Position numbers and translations under genes: made by a program. The notes under the pieces were generated by a model, which worked only from the letters and a program-made list of their open reading frames with translations, did no database searches and was not told the DNA's origin. DNA of 63,039 nucleotides, the filler included, from Hausera hauseri (taxonomy: Eukaryota): NCBI GenBank assembly GCA_046269625.1. It is 12 parts of 12 records of this genome, joined end to end, with 100 filler letters (N's around TTAATTAATTAA, not from the genome) between each part and the next. Parts side by side here need not be neighbours in the genome. Positions count along the whole stretch, not along the records: positions 1 to 4,236 come from JBJURY010683772.1; positions 4,337 to 9,057 come from JBJURY010462022.1; positions 9,158 to 13,444 come from JBJURY010655664.1; 9 more parts are not named here. One strand, written 5' to 3'. Below, in pieces: positions 1 through 11,379 of this stretch; the first letter of the stretch is position 1; the number at the start of each line of letters is the position of its first letter.

Positions 1-165
1 AATGCAACAATGGTAGTGGGTAAAGACGGACGGTGGTGGAGTAAAGTCAAGTTGAACAAGTGTGGAATAGAAATGTTGTTGGATAGTGGAGTCAATGTAT
101 CAGTAATCAGTGAAAAGATTTGGAAAGCGATAGGACAACCTAAGCTAACGAAGTGTGTGAATTCA
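1..165 (+). mobile_element. Ty3/gypsy aspartic protease fragment
   Basis: Translation contains LLDSGVNVSVI (retropepsin D[ST]G motif). The nucleotide sequence is a close inverted copy of ~3410-3545. Confidence 0.85.
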
Positions 166-413
166 TTTGTTGCACCTATAATTTTATCGTATATATTCCA
201 GTAACGTATGAGAATAGACAGACACCACGTAATAGTGAAATAAGTATAGATCCAAACAGAATGTTAACAATTTATAATCTTTGGTATAATATCTGAAAAC
301 GTATCGACAAAATTCTAACAATAACGTCTAAAAATCTAAAAGGAATATGGTGGCAGAAAAATCAATTTTTTATTTTAAATTAAATTACAAAATGTGTTGT
401 CAAATTTACAAGA

Positions 414-1199
414 TTAAAACAAATATCTATTTTTATCAGATTCGCTAATCGGACTAGGTATTGGGTCATTGTCATTATATTGATTCGTATTTTGCTGAAT
501 TGTTGGGTCTTGATCAAAATATGACGTATGAGCCTCTTTATTATTAGCATTTGATGAATTAAAACCTCGCTTGTTGTCTTTCAAAAGACTAGAAGTTTTG
601 ATACTGTGATCATTTACCCGAGTACGAAAGTTTATATGAACATGATGTATTATATGTGTCGTCTTTAGTTCTGTCAAGATTTTCATTTGCCGACTGGTAG
701 AAACAGTAATTTTCTTTTAGATCGCCATATGAATCTTTAGTAGCTTTCCTGTCGGCATGTATATTGACGTCGGATATGTGCGCTGATGCTGAGTTTGAAT
801 ATAGTGATGATAATGAATCTATGTTTGTTGTTGAATTTGGGTCAATAGACTTTGTTTTGGCAGATGCTCGTTTTCTTGCTTTCTTCTTAGCTTTGTTTTA
901 CATAATAAATTTGTACCATTTTGACCGATACTCATCGACTGACAATTGAAAATCATTGTCAACTGGGGAAACAACATCATGATCCATCGATATTTCCTCA
1001 GATGGATTAAACAAATTTTTTAAATAAGAATGTCCGAGAGCTTCTTTGACTGTCAATCGCTTATCTTGATTAAATTGCAACAATTTTTGATTAAGTCCAT
1101 CGCTACAGAATCCGAGTTAAGAATCCTTTCGTTGAGTGTTCGTCTGGGTCTTGTATTTATTTTTGCAACCATGGTGGCTCCGTAAACATTTGCTTCGAG
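414..1199 (-). pseudogene. MAPK15: MAPK15/ERK7-like kinase C-terminal fragment fused to a truncated gypsy integrase
   Basis: Minus-strand translation gives YGATMVAKINTRPRRTL...AMDLIK/LLQFNQDKRLTVKEALGHSYL...DHDVVSPVDNDFQLSVDEYRSKWY. This matches MAPK subdomain XI plus the ERK7/8-type QLSVxEYR motif. It has a frameshift at ~1085, a stop at 898 and a low-complexity tail to ~414. Confidence 0.8.
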
Positions 1200-4100
1200 A
1201 AAAACACTTACCGTTGTCGGTCAGGATTGATTTCGGTTTTCCAAATCTGTAAATCCATTTCACCAGCATGCACTCGATAATTGTTTCTTTTCTCTGCGTC
1301 CGTATTTCTGTTAAACTCACCAGCTTTGAAAACTGATCAATAATAATCAACATATGCAGATCAGTGCTATTTTTTGTCTCCGACATATGCAATATCCATT
1401 ACCAATTGGTCCAGAAAATTATCACTCTTAATAGGAATGAATTCTTCTTTTGTCTTTTCTGTTGGGATTTTCCTACATAAACATTCTTCACATTTTTCAA
1501 TGATATCTACTTCTTTTGATAAACCCGGAACTGCCAAGTGGTATTGAATATATCGTTTTGTCTTTTTCAAACATAGATGGCATAGATCCAATGTATCTTC
1601 CCGATGAAATCTTTCCGCACATTTTTTGGAATCACTGCTAGTCTGTAGTTCTGAAGCGGTCTGTTATTTCCAATTTATCGATGATACTGCGAATCTCTTT
1701 TAAGAGTTGTACGTTTTCCACCGTTAAGCCATCTAACCGACATTTTACTTGCTATATTTCTGTGCATTGTTCCTGTTCGTCTTTTATCCATTGCAAAGTT
1801 GACCTGATCAATAAGGAATTAATATGTTTTACATGTGCCTTTATTTGTTTCGGATCAGCATGTCGTGTTATTTACTGAGAACACATAACCTCATAAACCG
1901 TGACAATCCATCTGCATTTCTATGCTGTTCTCCCTTCCTGTATTATAGTGTAAAATTAAAATTTGACATGTTTTCTAGCCACGTCTGGAATCGATGTGTT
2001 AATGGTTTGGTAACTATCTTTATATATACCAATGCCTTATGATCTATTCTAGTCGTGAAGTACTTACCATATAGATACCGCTTAAAATGCAGTATAAACT
2101 TTTGTAATGCCAACAGTTCCTTTCTTGTAACACAGTGTCTTTCTCAAAAGATGAGAGGGTTCTACACACATACGCTACCACCCTTTCTTCATTTCCTATT
2201 TGTTGGCTGAGCACTGTTTTGATTGGACCAAACGATGCGTATGTAACCTGAATAAAATCCCTCGTTTGATCGATACAGAGTAATATTGGCGCTTCACATA
2301 ACTTTAATTTCTATAGCTTGAAACTTTCCTCACACTGCTTTGATCAAAACAACTCTCTACACATATTCTTGCAAGCATGATATAACGGCGCCGCAATGAG
2401 AGCATAATTCTTGATAAACCCTCTGTAATAGTTGGTCAGACCTAAAAATGCTCTCAATGACCGCGTACACTTTGGAATTGGAAGATTCTGTATCTCTTTT
2501 ACTTTTAGTTAAAATACCAATCTACATTTCTAGGGATTCACTTTTAGATTAGCATATTTTAATCCCTTAATCACCTCTTCTAGTAGTTTGCAATGTTCTG
2601 AAATCGTTTTTGAGTAAATCAGCATATCTTCAAAGTATGTGACAAAATCCGCAAACAGTAAGCCTTAGAACAGTGTGTTTATCCGTCACTGAAAAGTTTC
2701 AGAGGTTGTTGGGAGACCAAATGGTACTCGACTGAAGCAATACTGCTGTGATTTCGTGCAAAAGGATGTTTTCTTTTGTGAGCCTTCATCCAACTCGAGT
2801 TGATGATATGCTTTATCGAGGTCTATACTTGAAAGAATTTTTGAACTGCATAAGGCACCAAATAACGTCTGACTTTCGGGCAATGGAAAAGAAATGTTTT
2901 TGCTGTTTCATTTAACTTCCTAAGATCCAAACAATTCGGATTCCCTAATCCTTCTTTTGAGCGACCATTAAAAGCGAATTGCATTTACTTTTTCAGTTCC
3001 GAATAATATCAGCTTACTCCAAGTCTTTCAAAAAATCTTCAATTTTACATTCCAGATGTATTTATTGTCTTCTAGAATTTAAAATAATTGGTTTGCCCTC
3101 AGTTTTGATTCTATATGTTACAAGATCTGTAAACCCTAAATCGTACTTATAGTTCATAAACACCTCATTATAGCGTTTACAACTTTCACTAATTGACCCT
3201 CCGCAATTTCCAGTTTTCACATTGTTGCCACTGACGCAATCTCTCTGGTTCGAGATCCTCTAACCTCTTTTTTCATGAATTTTATGCCAAATGCCTTTAA
3301 AATATCTATTTCTCCAATAGCTTCCGGCCTAGTCGTTTTTACTTAATCAAATCAATCTTATGTACTTCAGCATGCCACGCCACATTGACTTTTACCTTCC
3401 CCAAACAATCCTATCGTTTTCCAAATTTTTTAAATTATTACTGACATACTGACTCCACTATCCAACAACATTTCTATATCGCATTTGTTCAACTTCATTT
3501 TACTCCACCACCGTCTGTCTTTTCCCACTACCATTGCTACATCTCGATTTTGTAAATTTTCTTTGCCAAATTCACTAACAAAATTCTCACAGCAGAGTTT
3601 CTGGTATTTAAAGTTTCCTGCACGTCGTCTTCCTAGGGCACAATTTCATCTCCATGGTCGTCATACATCTCTTCAACACATCGGATTTACCTGTCGTAAT
3701 TTGAAACAGTTTCTAAATACGTGCCCAATTTTTTCACATATTAAGAATAAGTTGTTTAAATGACAGTTTCTTTTAATGTGTCCATGTTTTCCACAGCAAA
3801 AACAATCACCCTTAGATAGCACGTCCTCTTTCGGTGCTGGTAGGTGTTTCACGCGGCAGTAGAGCTTTCTAGCTTCATGATAAGCAGAATGAGTTGGAGC
3901 CTGTCTTCGCCTATCTGCGATCAAAGTGGCATGTGTTTTCTGGTCTTGAGCAATGTTGTTGTTCATCGACCTTGTTTCAAATCTTTCTTTCTTTGAATAT
4001 TCTATTCCACTGTTGTGTATGAACGGTCTTCTATCATATTTTTTTGGTTTTCCGTATGCTGTCTTCCGAAATTTTGGTATGGAGATTTCAAGCATCCCGG

Positions 4101-4236
4101 AATTATTTCTTTACTGGTGCCACTTCTCTGAACTCTTATAAGGTTTGGTTATCTTCCAAAATTTTAGCCTCTTCTATCATTTCTTCTACCGTCATTTTTT
4201 GTTTGAAAACAAAAGCTTTTGAGCTGATTCGTTTTC
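1200..4236 (-). mobile_element. Degenerate Ty3/gypsy LTR retrotransposon gag-pol
   Basis: Domains in PR-RT-RH-IN order: gag CCHC knuckles (CFCCGKHGHIKRNC, CEKIGHVFRNC, 3673-3810); protease LLDSG (~3460); RT (SIDLDKAYHQ, RVPFGL, degenerate YFED, 2620-2890); RNase H (RKELLAL, NADGLSR, 1900-2140); integrase (CEEC, IIDQFSK, RFGKPKSILTDNG). Many stops and frameshifts. Confidence 0.92.
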
Positions 4237-4336
4237 NNNNNNNNNNNNNNNNNNNNNNNNNNNNNNNNNNNNNNNNNNNNTTAATTAATTAANNNNNNNN
4301 NNNNNNNNNNNNNNNNNNNNNNNNNNNNNNNNNNNN
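4237..4336. other. Artificial contig linker (N44-TTAATTAATTAA-N44); 11 copies in the window
   Basis: The same 100-nt spacer, with stops in all six frames, occurs at 4237, 9058, 13445, 17587, 25229, 30064, 35070, 40319, 47085, 51309 and 56721. Confidence 0.97.
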
Positions 4337-4844
4337 AAAGTAATGTAATTATATCCATTTTTGATGTATTTTCATGAAAAAGATCAAGGCCTGATTTCAT
4401 CAATGGAAAACACTGTCCAGACTCTGAAAAATTGTATTTTTAATCAATACATTTATTCAACAGCATCTCGCTGATCCTGTTCTCCTAAATCCCATGGAAG
4501 CATTAAGGGTGGACTTCTTTTGTTGTTGTTTTGGCAGAGAGATTCTGGGAACAGGACGCGATGCGTGTTGCTCTGCGGCCTCGAAGGTGAGTCGTTTCTC
4601 TGAACACGACCAGAATAAAGGAAAAAGATACAATTGGATCTCATTAAGATCTCTTGTCTTCTCAAAGTTGTGTTGAGCAATATTTTTTTTAGATTTATGA
4701 AGGTCTTTGAATCTCGTCTGGTTTTTACGGAACAGGATTAGGGCCGAATAAAGAAAACATAAATAAAATTATGATAGTTGAATTAATAAATACGGTAACT
4801 GATAAGTTGTCTAAGGTTAATGTTGAACTATTTGTTTATTCATG

Positions 4845-5350
4845 AAAGTTAGTTAAGATTACGCAATATGAGCTTCAAAATGTTACGTCAGTTTGTACAA
4901 CTGCAATTTTCCCCTAACGCGCGCAAAATTTCTTAAATTTAACCAAATTTTAGCTCTTTTTTAACCATCAATATTTGACTTACAATACTTACTTAATATA
5001 ATGGATAAATAATAAACATCCGATTAAAATTCATCTCATAACATGTCGTCGTTCATGTGTAAAGCCAAATTTAAAAACAAGCGAAGGAATATTAATAACG
5101 TGACTGATAATTGAATGAATGCATCTTTTGACGTCACATCAACGACACACTGGAAATCGTACCTTAGTTAAATATTTTTTGAAAAAGCAAATGAAAATTG
5201 TATGAAATTTTAAAATTATTCTGCACGTAAGGGGAAATTGCATAAGTGTGAAATGATGAAATATTTAGAAGCCCGTATTACAAAGTCTTAGCTTTGTTTG
5301 CAATTTTTTTCCTTACTATTAATCAGCATAAAATTTTGTACTTGTAAAAC
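4845..5350. repeat. Non-autonomous dispersed repeat or MITE with long imperfect inverted arms
   Basis: 4850-4980 and 5200-5310 are inverted relatives. Related blocks containing AAATTTTGTACTTGTA recur at ~22020-22200 and ~23830-23945. Confidence 0.5.
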
Positions 5351-5832
5351 CCTGATTAGCAGTTAAGTCATGTCACTTGTACGCAAATTATTTTTTATAA
5401 AATATTTGGAATTAATTATAAAGTTTCCGTTAAAAACTTAATGAGAAAATTTAACCATTTACCATTTTAAAAAACTTGATAAGCCATTATTATTTAAACA
5501 AATCTTTGTAATATTTCGACACTTCCTGCACAAATAGTTGGACCATTCATAGACATGATCGTTTGTGTATATACAGTTGTTACATATTGATAAATCACTT
5601 ATGCTAGAAGTGCCGATAATACAAAAATTATTATCCAATACTCTGGAAATTCTAGATAAGTGCAAAAGTATATTGCAGATTTATATCAAAATCGGCGTTT
5701 TACACTAACAAGGAAACAAATTTTACTGAAAAATCTCTAAACATAGGACGGGAGATTTGTTTTTACATTACAAGGCTCCAAATGTGTTATTTTGGCTTTC
5801 TCGACAATTTTTTTTTCATTCTATTAATCAGC

Positions 5833-6985
5833 AGTAGGTAGAAGTCAGCTCTCCAGCGCACTTCTCTGATTGGTCCGCCAACCTGTTTTCCCCACCTGAT
5901 TGGCTATTTTGAACATTTCACTAAAATTTTCTCACGACACTCCCCCAGAAAGTGAGGTCGAGCAAAGAGGTTTGGACCAAGTGATATCGATAGCGCGTGA
6001 TGAGGTGAGCAAAAGTTAACAGAGGTGCGGCTTACAGAAATGTAAGGGAGAGGCACTAGTAGAGGAAGAAGCAAAACAGGAAATGCTCCACGTGTAAAGC
6101 GAAACATGTTGCTAGCACTGAGAAAATGTGTACAAGGGGTAAATCGATATTGGCGATTGCAATGGGCACTGTTGCAAGTCGGTCAGATTATGGAAACATG
6201 GGGAAAAATCGATGGGAAAATTTCAAACGGGTAAAATTTCCCTATGTTGAAGTCTGCCGGTGATGAAAATTGGTATAATACATTGCCCATAAGCTAGAAA
6301 AATTTTCATATTACAGCTGCCTCAGGATCAGACCAATAGATCGGGGTGAAAAATGCAATCAAACGAACGAACGAAAAAAGCGCAATGTTAAAGTTAAAAT
6401 CATAATAGTAGTTAGAAGTGTCCTTACCTAACTACTTCCCAAAAGTGCACAGATCGAGCTGGAAACCAGTTTTACCCACCTATCTCGAAATTCTGAGCAT
6501 TTCATGTATTGAGGTCGAATACCCCCACCTCCCGGAAGCACATGTCACATGTCGCACATGTCACGGGTGGAAATCGGTAGAGCTAGATGAGGCGCGAAAG
6601 GTTTTATTGTGCGCCGAGAGTCGAAAATTTTACTGGGCGGCGCTAGAAGCAAAAGAAGCAAAACGGGAAATGTTTTATGAAAAATGAGTCACGAGTTACG
6701 AATTTTGCAATGTTTCGTGTAAATGTCAAGTCAATGTCGGGGAATCGAATGCGCACAATTTCAACGTTCTATGACCATGGGAACATGAGGAAAAAATGAT
6801 GGGAAAATTTCAAACTCCAAAAATTTCCCATTATTCAAGTCTGCTGGTTGTGGAAATGGGTTGAGCACAAAGCCCATCAGTAGTTGAGCATTTCATATTA
6901 TAGTCGCCTCACGATCAGATCAATAAATCGGGGTAAAAAATGCAACCAAAAAACGCATTGTTAAAAAGTCAAATCATCATCATTG
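5833..6985. repeat. Maverick terminal repeat region present as two tandem diverged ~575-bp units
   Basis: Unit 1 starts AGTAGGTAGAAGTCAGC at 5833 and unit 2 starts AGTAGTTAGAAGTGTC at 6407. Both align with the reverse complement of ~39480-39939. Confidence 0.75.
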
Positions 6986-7185
6986 TAAATGCGTTCGTTC
7001 GTTCGTTTTGTAAAATTTTGTGTGAATTTTATTTTGTACGACAAACTCATAATTGAGTACTACTACCCACAAGAAGAATGATTGTAATCAAAAGTCACAT
7101 ATAATATTATTTCTCACGATTTGTTCGCTCTTTGGTACACAAAAGAACAACAGTAAAATAATACACACATATTACACAAAAGTAA

Positions 7186-7530
7186 TTATAATGTAAGCCA
7201 CAATAAGCAGTAATGTCCACATAGTATAGTCATTGGATGTTGATAATGAACTCGATTATATTCGACACGGTATAATGATGATTGCAGTTCTATTTGAGAA
7301 ACTAATGATGGCGGATAGTAAAATCCGAGCGGATCGAATACTCTGACGACGCTGGTCGGATGGACGTACACAGCAATCCAATGTTCGCCCTGCAACGATG
7401 AAGTTTGTGTATTGATGATAAAGTCACCATTTTGTCGAAAATAACGCGGCGCACAGTCCAGTGGAAACAAGCCATAAAATTTTACACCCAAGAGCAGTTC
7501 TCCGTAGTGACTGAGCTCGGTGGAGCTAAA
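7186..7530 (-). CDS. Maverick adenain-like cysteine protease (PRO)
   Basis: Motifs FIINT...GEHWIAV...FDPLG...YQHPMTILCGHYCL give the H/D/Q/C signature of Polinton and adenovirus proteases. The start codon is uncertain. Confidence 0.88.
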   Translation of the reverse strand, partial: FSSTELSHYGELLLGVKFYGLFPLDCAPRYFRQNGDFIINTQTSSLQGEHWIAVYVHPTSVVRVFDPLGFYYPPSLVSQIELQSSLYRVEYNRVHYQHPMTILCGHYCLLWLTL

Positions 7531-7622
7531 TGCGAAAAATGTGATTTAATTATAATAGTAATAGTAATAAATTTCTTCATCGTACCATGAAGAAGAAGAA
7601 AAAATGAGACAGCGAATTTTGT

Positions 7623-8857
7623 TTATACAATGACGGTTCTGTTTTTCTTTATTTCAACCTCGGCATCAAATACACCGTAAATGTACATCACGGTAGATTT
7701 TTCCAACGCTTTATTAAAGTGAACCTCATGTCGTAGGTTTCCCTGATAAGGTAGTTGATTCTGTTCAACGTCATAATCAGGAGCCAGGACAAAGGTGAAA
7801 TATTGATATGTGGATATGAACAAATCCATCTGTGTGCCATTGTTGACATTTTTGTTCAGCAAACCCATGTTGCGCACGATAGAATGCATATATGTGTAAA
7901 CATAATCGCCGGTCTCGAAATCCTGCTTGTGTGTCTCAACAAAATCCGCATTCCGACTCAAACTGATGTAATTCACAATGCTATGGGTAAACGTTTCCGA
8001 ATCGGTCGTATAACTGCCGGTTTGTTGAACAGTCGTTTGAAATGTAAGGAGCATAAATTTCGGCAATCGCATGTCGCCAAACAGTGCATTTGTGTAAAAT
8101 GTTGTTGAACCTTTGGGTATGGTGTAAAACACAAGTTTGTGCGTTGTATCGGGTAATAGGCATTTTGCATTTCCAAGCCCAATCGATGTTCCATGAACAC
8201 AGATGGTTCCACCTTTACACGACGTACGTATAATCGTGCCTCGGTAATTTTCAGTATTGGTTTGAGATTTACAACGGCAGTTTTCAAACAAAAGACATCG
8301 TCGCTGCGTTTGAGCCGAATCATGGCTTTAACACCGGGCAGTAGGTATTTCGGTTGATCGAAAAAATCAAGGAACAGTGATCCACACATTGTAAGTGATT
8401 TTGATTCTGCCACCCATGCTTGAAGGTTTGCTGCAGTGGCCTCATATCCTATGGTTTTCGTCAAATGAGTCGCTTTCATGACTGTACTGTAATTCAGAGC
8501 CGTTTCAATGAGTGCTTTGATACTGTATAGACTGGAATTGCCTTCAATTTTGACTCTGTTTAGAGTCAGTGAAGCCTCTTGGAAAAGTGTGAGGAAAAGG
8601 TAATTGGCCGGTATGACAGTGTCTGTTTCAGCGTAAACCGTTGATGCATCCTTTTTAACAATGACTTTTACACATAGTAGCGTATCGCTCAAATTGATAT
8701 ATTTATTGTGCGATGTCATAATGTTGAATTGAATGTCAATGTTATCGTCCGTTGAAAGAAAAACGACGGGGTAGATTCCTTCAAATACCGCATTGTCAAT
8801 AACAACTTGTGGCACGCCCTTGTCAAATATACATAATTCAGATTTTGCAGATGCCAT
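7623..8857 (-). pseudogene. Maverick major capsid protein (PY, double jelly-roll), one frameshift
   Basis: MASAKSELCIFD...FFDQPKYLLPGV...LKITEARLYVRRVKV...GNLRHEVHF...YIYGVFD, about 410 codons. The two overlapping ORFs are joined by a 1-nt deletion near 8137 relative to the contig-8 copy. Confidence 0.88.
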
Positions 8858-8866
8858 ATCAATCAA

Positions 8867-9057
8867 TCAATCGAAAATCGTACGACGAGGTTTGTTTATT
8901 GTTGATTAGTTCTATGATGTTCTAAGGCGTTTTCTCCAGCCTCTGCCAGTGAATAGTTTTTTGATTGATTCAACGACTCCCGGTGAAGCGCTTTTTATTT
9001 TTGGCAAGGTGTGTTCCTTCCGTGATGGTAACATCGATTTGTTTTCATATAGTACAT
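8867..9057 (-). pseudogene. Maverick small basic core protein, C-terminal part
   Basis: Homologous to 37110-37291 (VLYENKSMLPS...GRG...RRTIFD). Lies directly upstream of the capsid gene and is cut by the contig end. Confidence 0.7.
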
Positions 9058-9157
9058 NNNNNNNNNNNNNNNNNNNNNNNNNNNNNNNNNNNNNNNNNNN
9101 NTTAATTAATTAANNNNNNNNNNNNNNNNNNNNNNNNNNNNNNNNNNNNNNNNNNNN

Positions 9158-9624
9158 CATATACTCAAGCTGTAATGGATGAAATCCTTCGATTTAGCTC
9201 AGTAGTTCCTTTAGCCCTCCTTCATAGAAATTTCAAAGATACGGAAATCAATGGGTACTTCATTCCTAAGGACACAACAATTATTCCAAATCTTTTTGCT
9301 TGTCATCGAGATGAAAACGTTTGGGAAAAACCGTTGGAATTTTATCCCGAACACTTCTTATCAATATCTCATGGAGACGTTCTAGAATATACCCCACGAG
9401 AGGAACTCGTTCCATTTGGACTTGGCAGAAGGCAATGTCTAGGGGAAATCCTAGCAAGGTTGGAGTTCTTTGTTTTTCTAACGTGTATTGTTCAAAATTT
9501 TACTGTGTCGTTTGGAAAAGAACTGAGCGATGATGAATATGAAACTGCGATTGTTGGATCTGATGGTATAATACGATCACCTTCAATAAAAGATTTGGTG
9601 TTCGAAACGAGAGGCAGAAAATAG
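9158..9624 (+). CDS. Cytochrome P450 (clan 2), 3' part
   Basis: Contains ExxR (EILR), the PERF-like FYPEHFL and the heme motif PFGLGRRQCLG. The 5' end is cut by the contig edge. Confidence 0.93.
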
Positions 9625-11379
9625 AAAGTGTAAATGGGTGTGGATATTTGTTCAACGTTTGATAAATGATTTTCATTTATGGATATTATTTAATAGAAAA
9701 TTTTACTTTATGTCTACTTTGTATGTTGTACACTAACAAATATGGGAACGGATCGCGCTCCCAAAATTGTTATTATTTTTATACGTCATTTTGTTTTTTT
9801 ACTAACTTTGACAGCGGCCCATAAACTAGTCGTTGGAGTGCAGCAGTTTCATGTATCTGTAATACCATTTTATATAACAATCGATAATGGATCTTACCTC
9901 CATTATTTAGTAAGCATTCCAGGTAAGGATATTTAGGTTTATCAGAGTAACCTTCAATATCTTATCTATCCATGAATCGTTTATAGGGCCCACAATGTAC
10001 TTTAATTTTATCATTAAACCGAGCACCTTTAGATTCATGGTCAATTGTATTCATAACTTTGAGAATTGATGTAATCATTATTATGTCAACAATAGTGATG
10101 CAATTTCTCACATTTCTGGTGCATATTATTTGCTTCTGTTAACTCAGAAATATTCACAATTCCCTTAAACAACATTTGATATTTCATTCTCATAATTTCC
10201 ACCTGATTTAAAAAGTCTTCTTTCATGCCCAAAATAGCATGAATCCCCAAAGCAATATCCTTTTTCACCATACCAACAGCCACCAAAACTATTGAAATAA
10301 CAAAAATTTTTCTGTCAGTCATAATCATTATAAATAGTCGAAAAATAGCTAAAGAAAAACAGCTTTTAAAATTTCGCTAAACTTTATTCTGAGATTCCGT
10401 ATTACAAGTTATCAACAACTAAAACAAAAAATCACAATGTCGATGATAATGTGCCTCAAATCCGTCAATTCAAATTACATCTACAAGCTATATTGCAAAC
10501 ATTACACAAAACATATGTCCAAATAACCCTAAAGAGAACTGGAGGACATGTATAATGCCAGATTGAGACATAATTTAATGTAATATATGTTGATTTTCTT
10601 GTGAAAAGTTTGCTTAATTGAGATGCGGTCTCGGATACATAAATATTGGCGTTACCTTCAAATTTCTGTAGTTATTGGAATTTAAGATACACAAGAGAGA
10701 TTATACAGATTGTAGAGGGGAATCCGTGATTTGAAAAATGAATTATGTTTAAAAAAGGTGTTGTGAGAAGTTTAGCTGATTTCAAATTTTTCTGTCCGTT
10801 CGGAGAATGACTGATAGTTGAACGTGTGCACGTGTTTCTACAGTGGGTTACACGGATTGTCACTTTGTAATTAGCTGATGTAGACGTAGTTGAGAACTTA
10901 ACTGGAGATAGATCGAATCGAATTGTTGAAGGCACAATCATTCGGGATTCACAACACATAGGATGTGTTACGGAGAGCTTGGGCTGACCCTTGCAACACA
11001 GTCGAATTAGGAAGATGACGGAAATTCGTGTCGATTCAAAGGGCACAACCAATGACATTCATTCCTAATTGAATGGGTTTGAACCGAGTAAAAGTGATGT
11101 GGAAAGGCATATGATCGAATCAAGAAAATCAATTAATATTGGAACAAAAAGGTATCGGGTATCAACTGAATATTTATACAATCAGACCCTACAATTATAC
11201 AACATTGTGGGATGTTCGGATAGTGGGAAAAAGGAACTAGGAGATCAATTAAGGAAGTTAGATGAGGTTCGAATATTCCCTAAACGAATACAACCTTCAA
11301 TTACTCAATTATGATCACAGTAGTCAAAATATTTAAATAGTTTCGATGAGATTAATAATGATTCAATGACTATCATTAA

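Larger units (their letters stand above)
5833..9057 (-). mobile_element. Maverick/Polinton end fragment (core protein, major capsid, protease, terminal repeat)
   Basis: Carries capsid and adenain-type protease genes and an AGTAG terminus at 5833. Colinear with 36935-39939. Confidence 0.9.

Noticed and set aside
4281-4292. Recurrent palindrome TTAATTAATTAA
   Set aside because: It is always centred in N runs of fixed length, so it is an artificial six-frame-stop linker and not biology.
6418-6687. 89-aa ORF in the Maverick end
   Set aside because: It lies inside the terminal repeat unit and has no recognisable motif, so it is probably incidental.
9742-11314. Short ORFs between the two P450s (e.g. 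10086-10328, 10672-11058)
   Set aside because: No recognisable motif in any frame I translated. They may be decayed coding sequence but cannot be supported.
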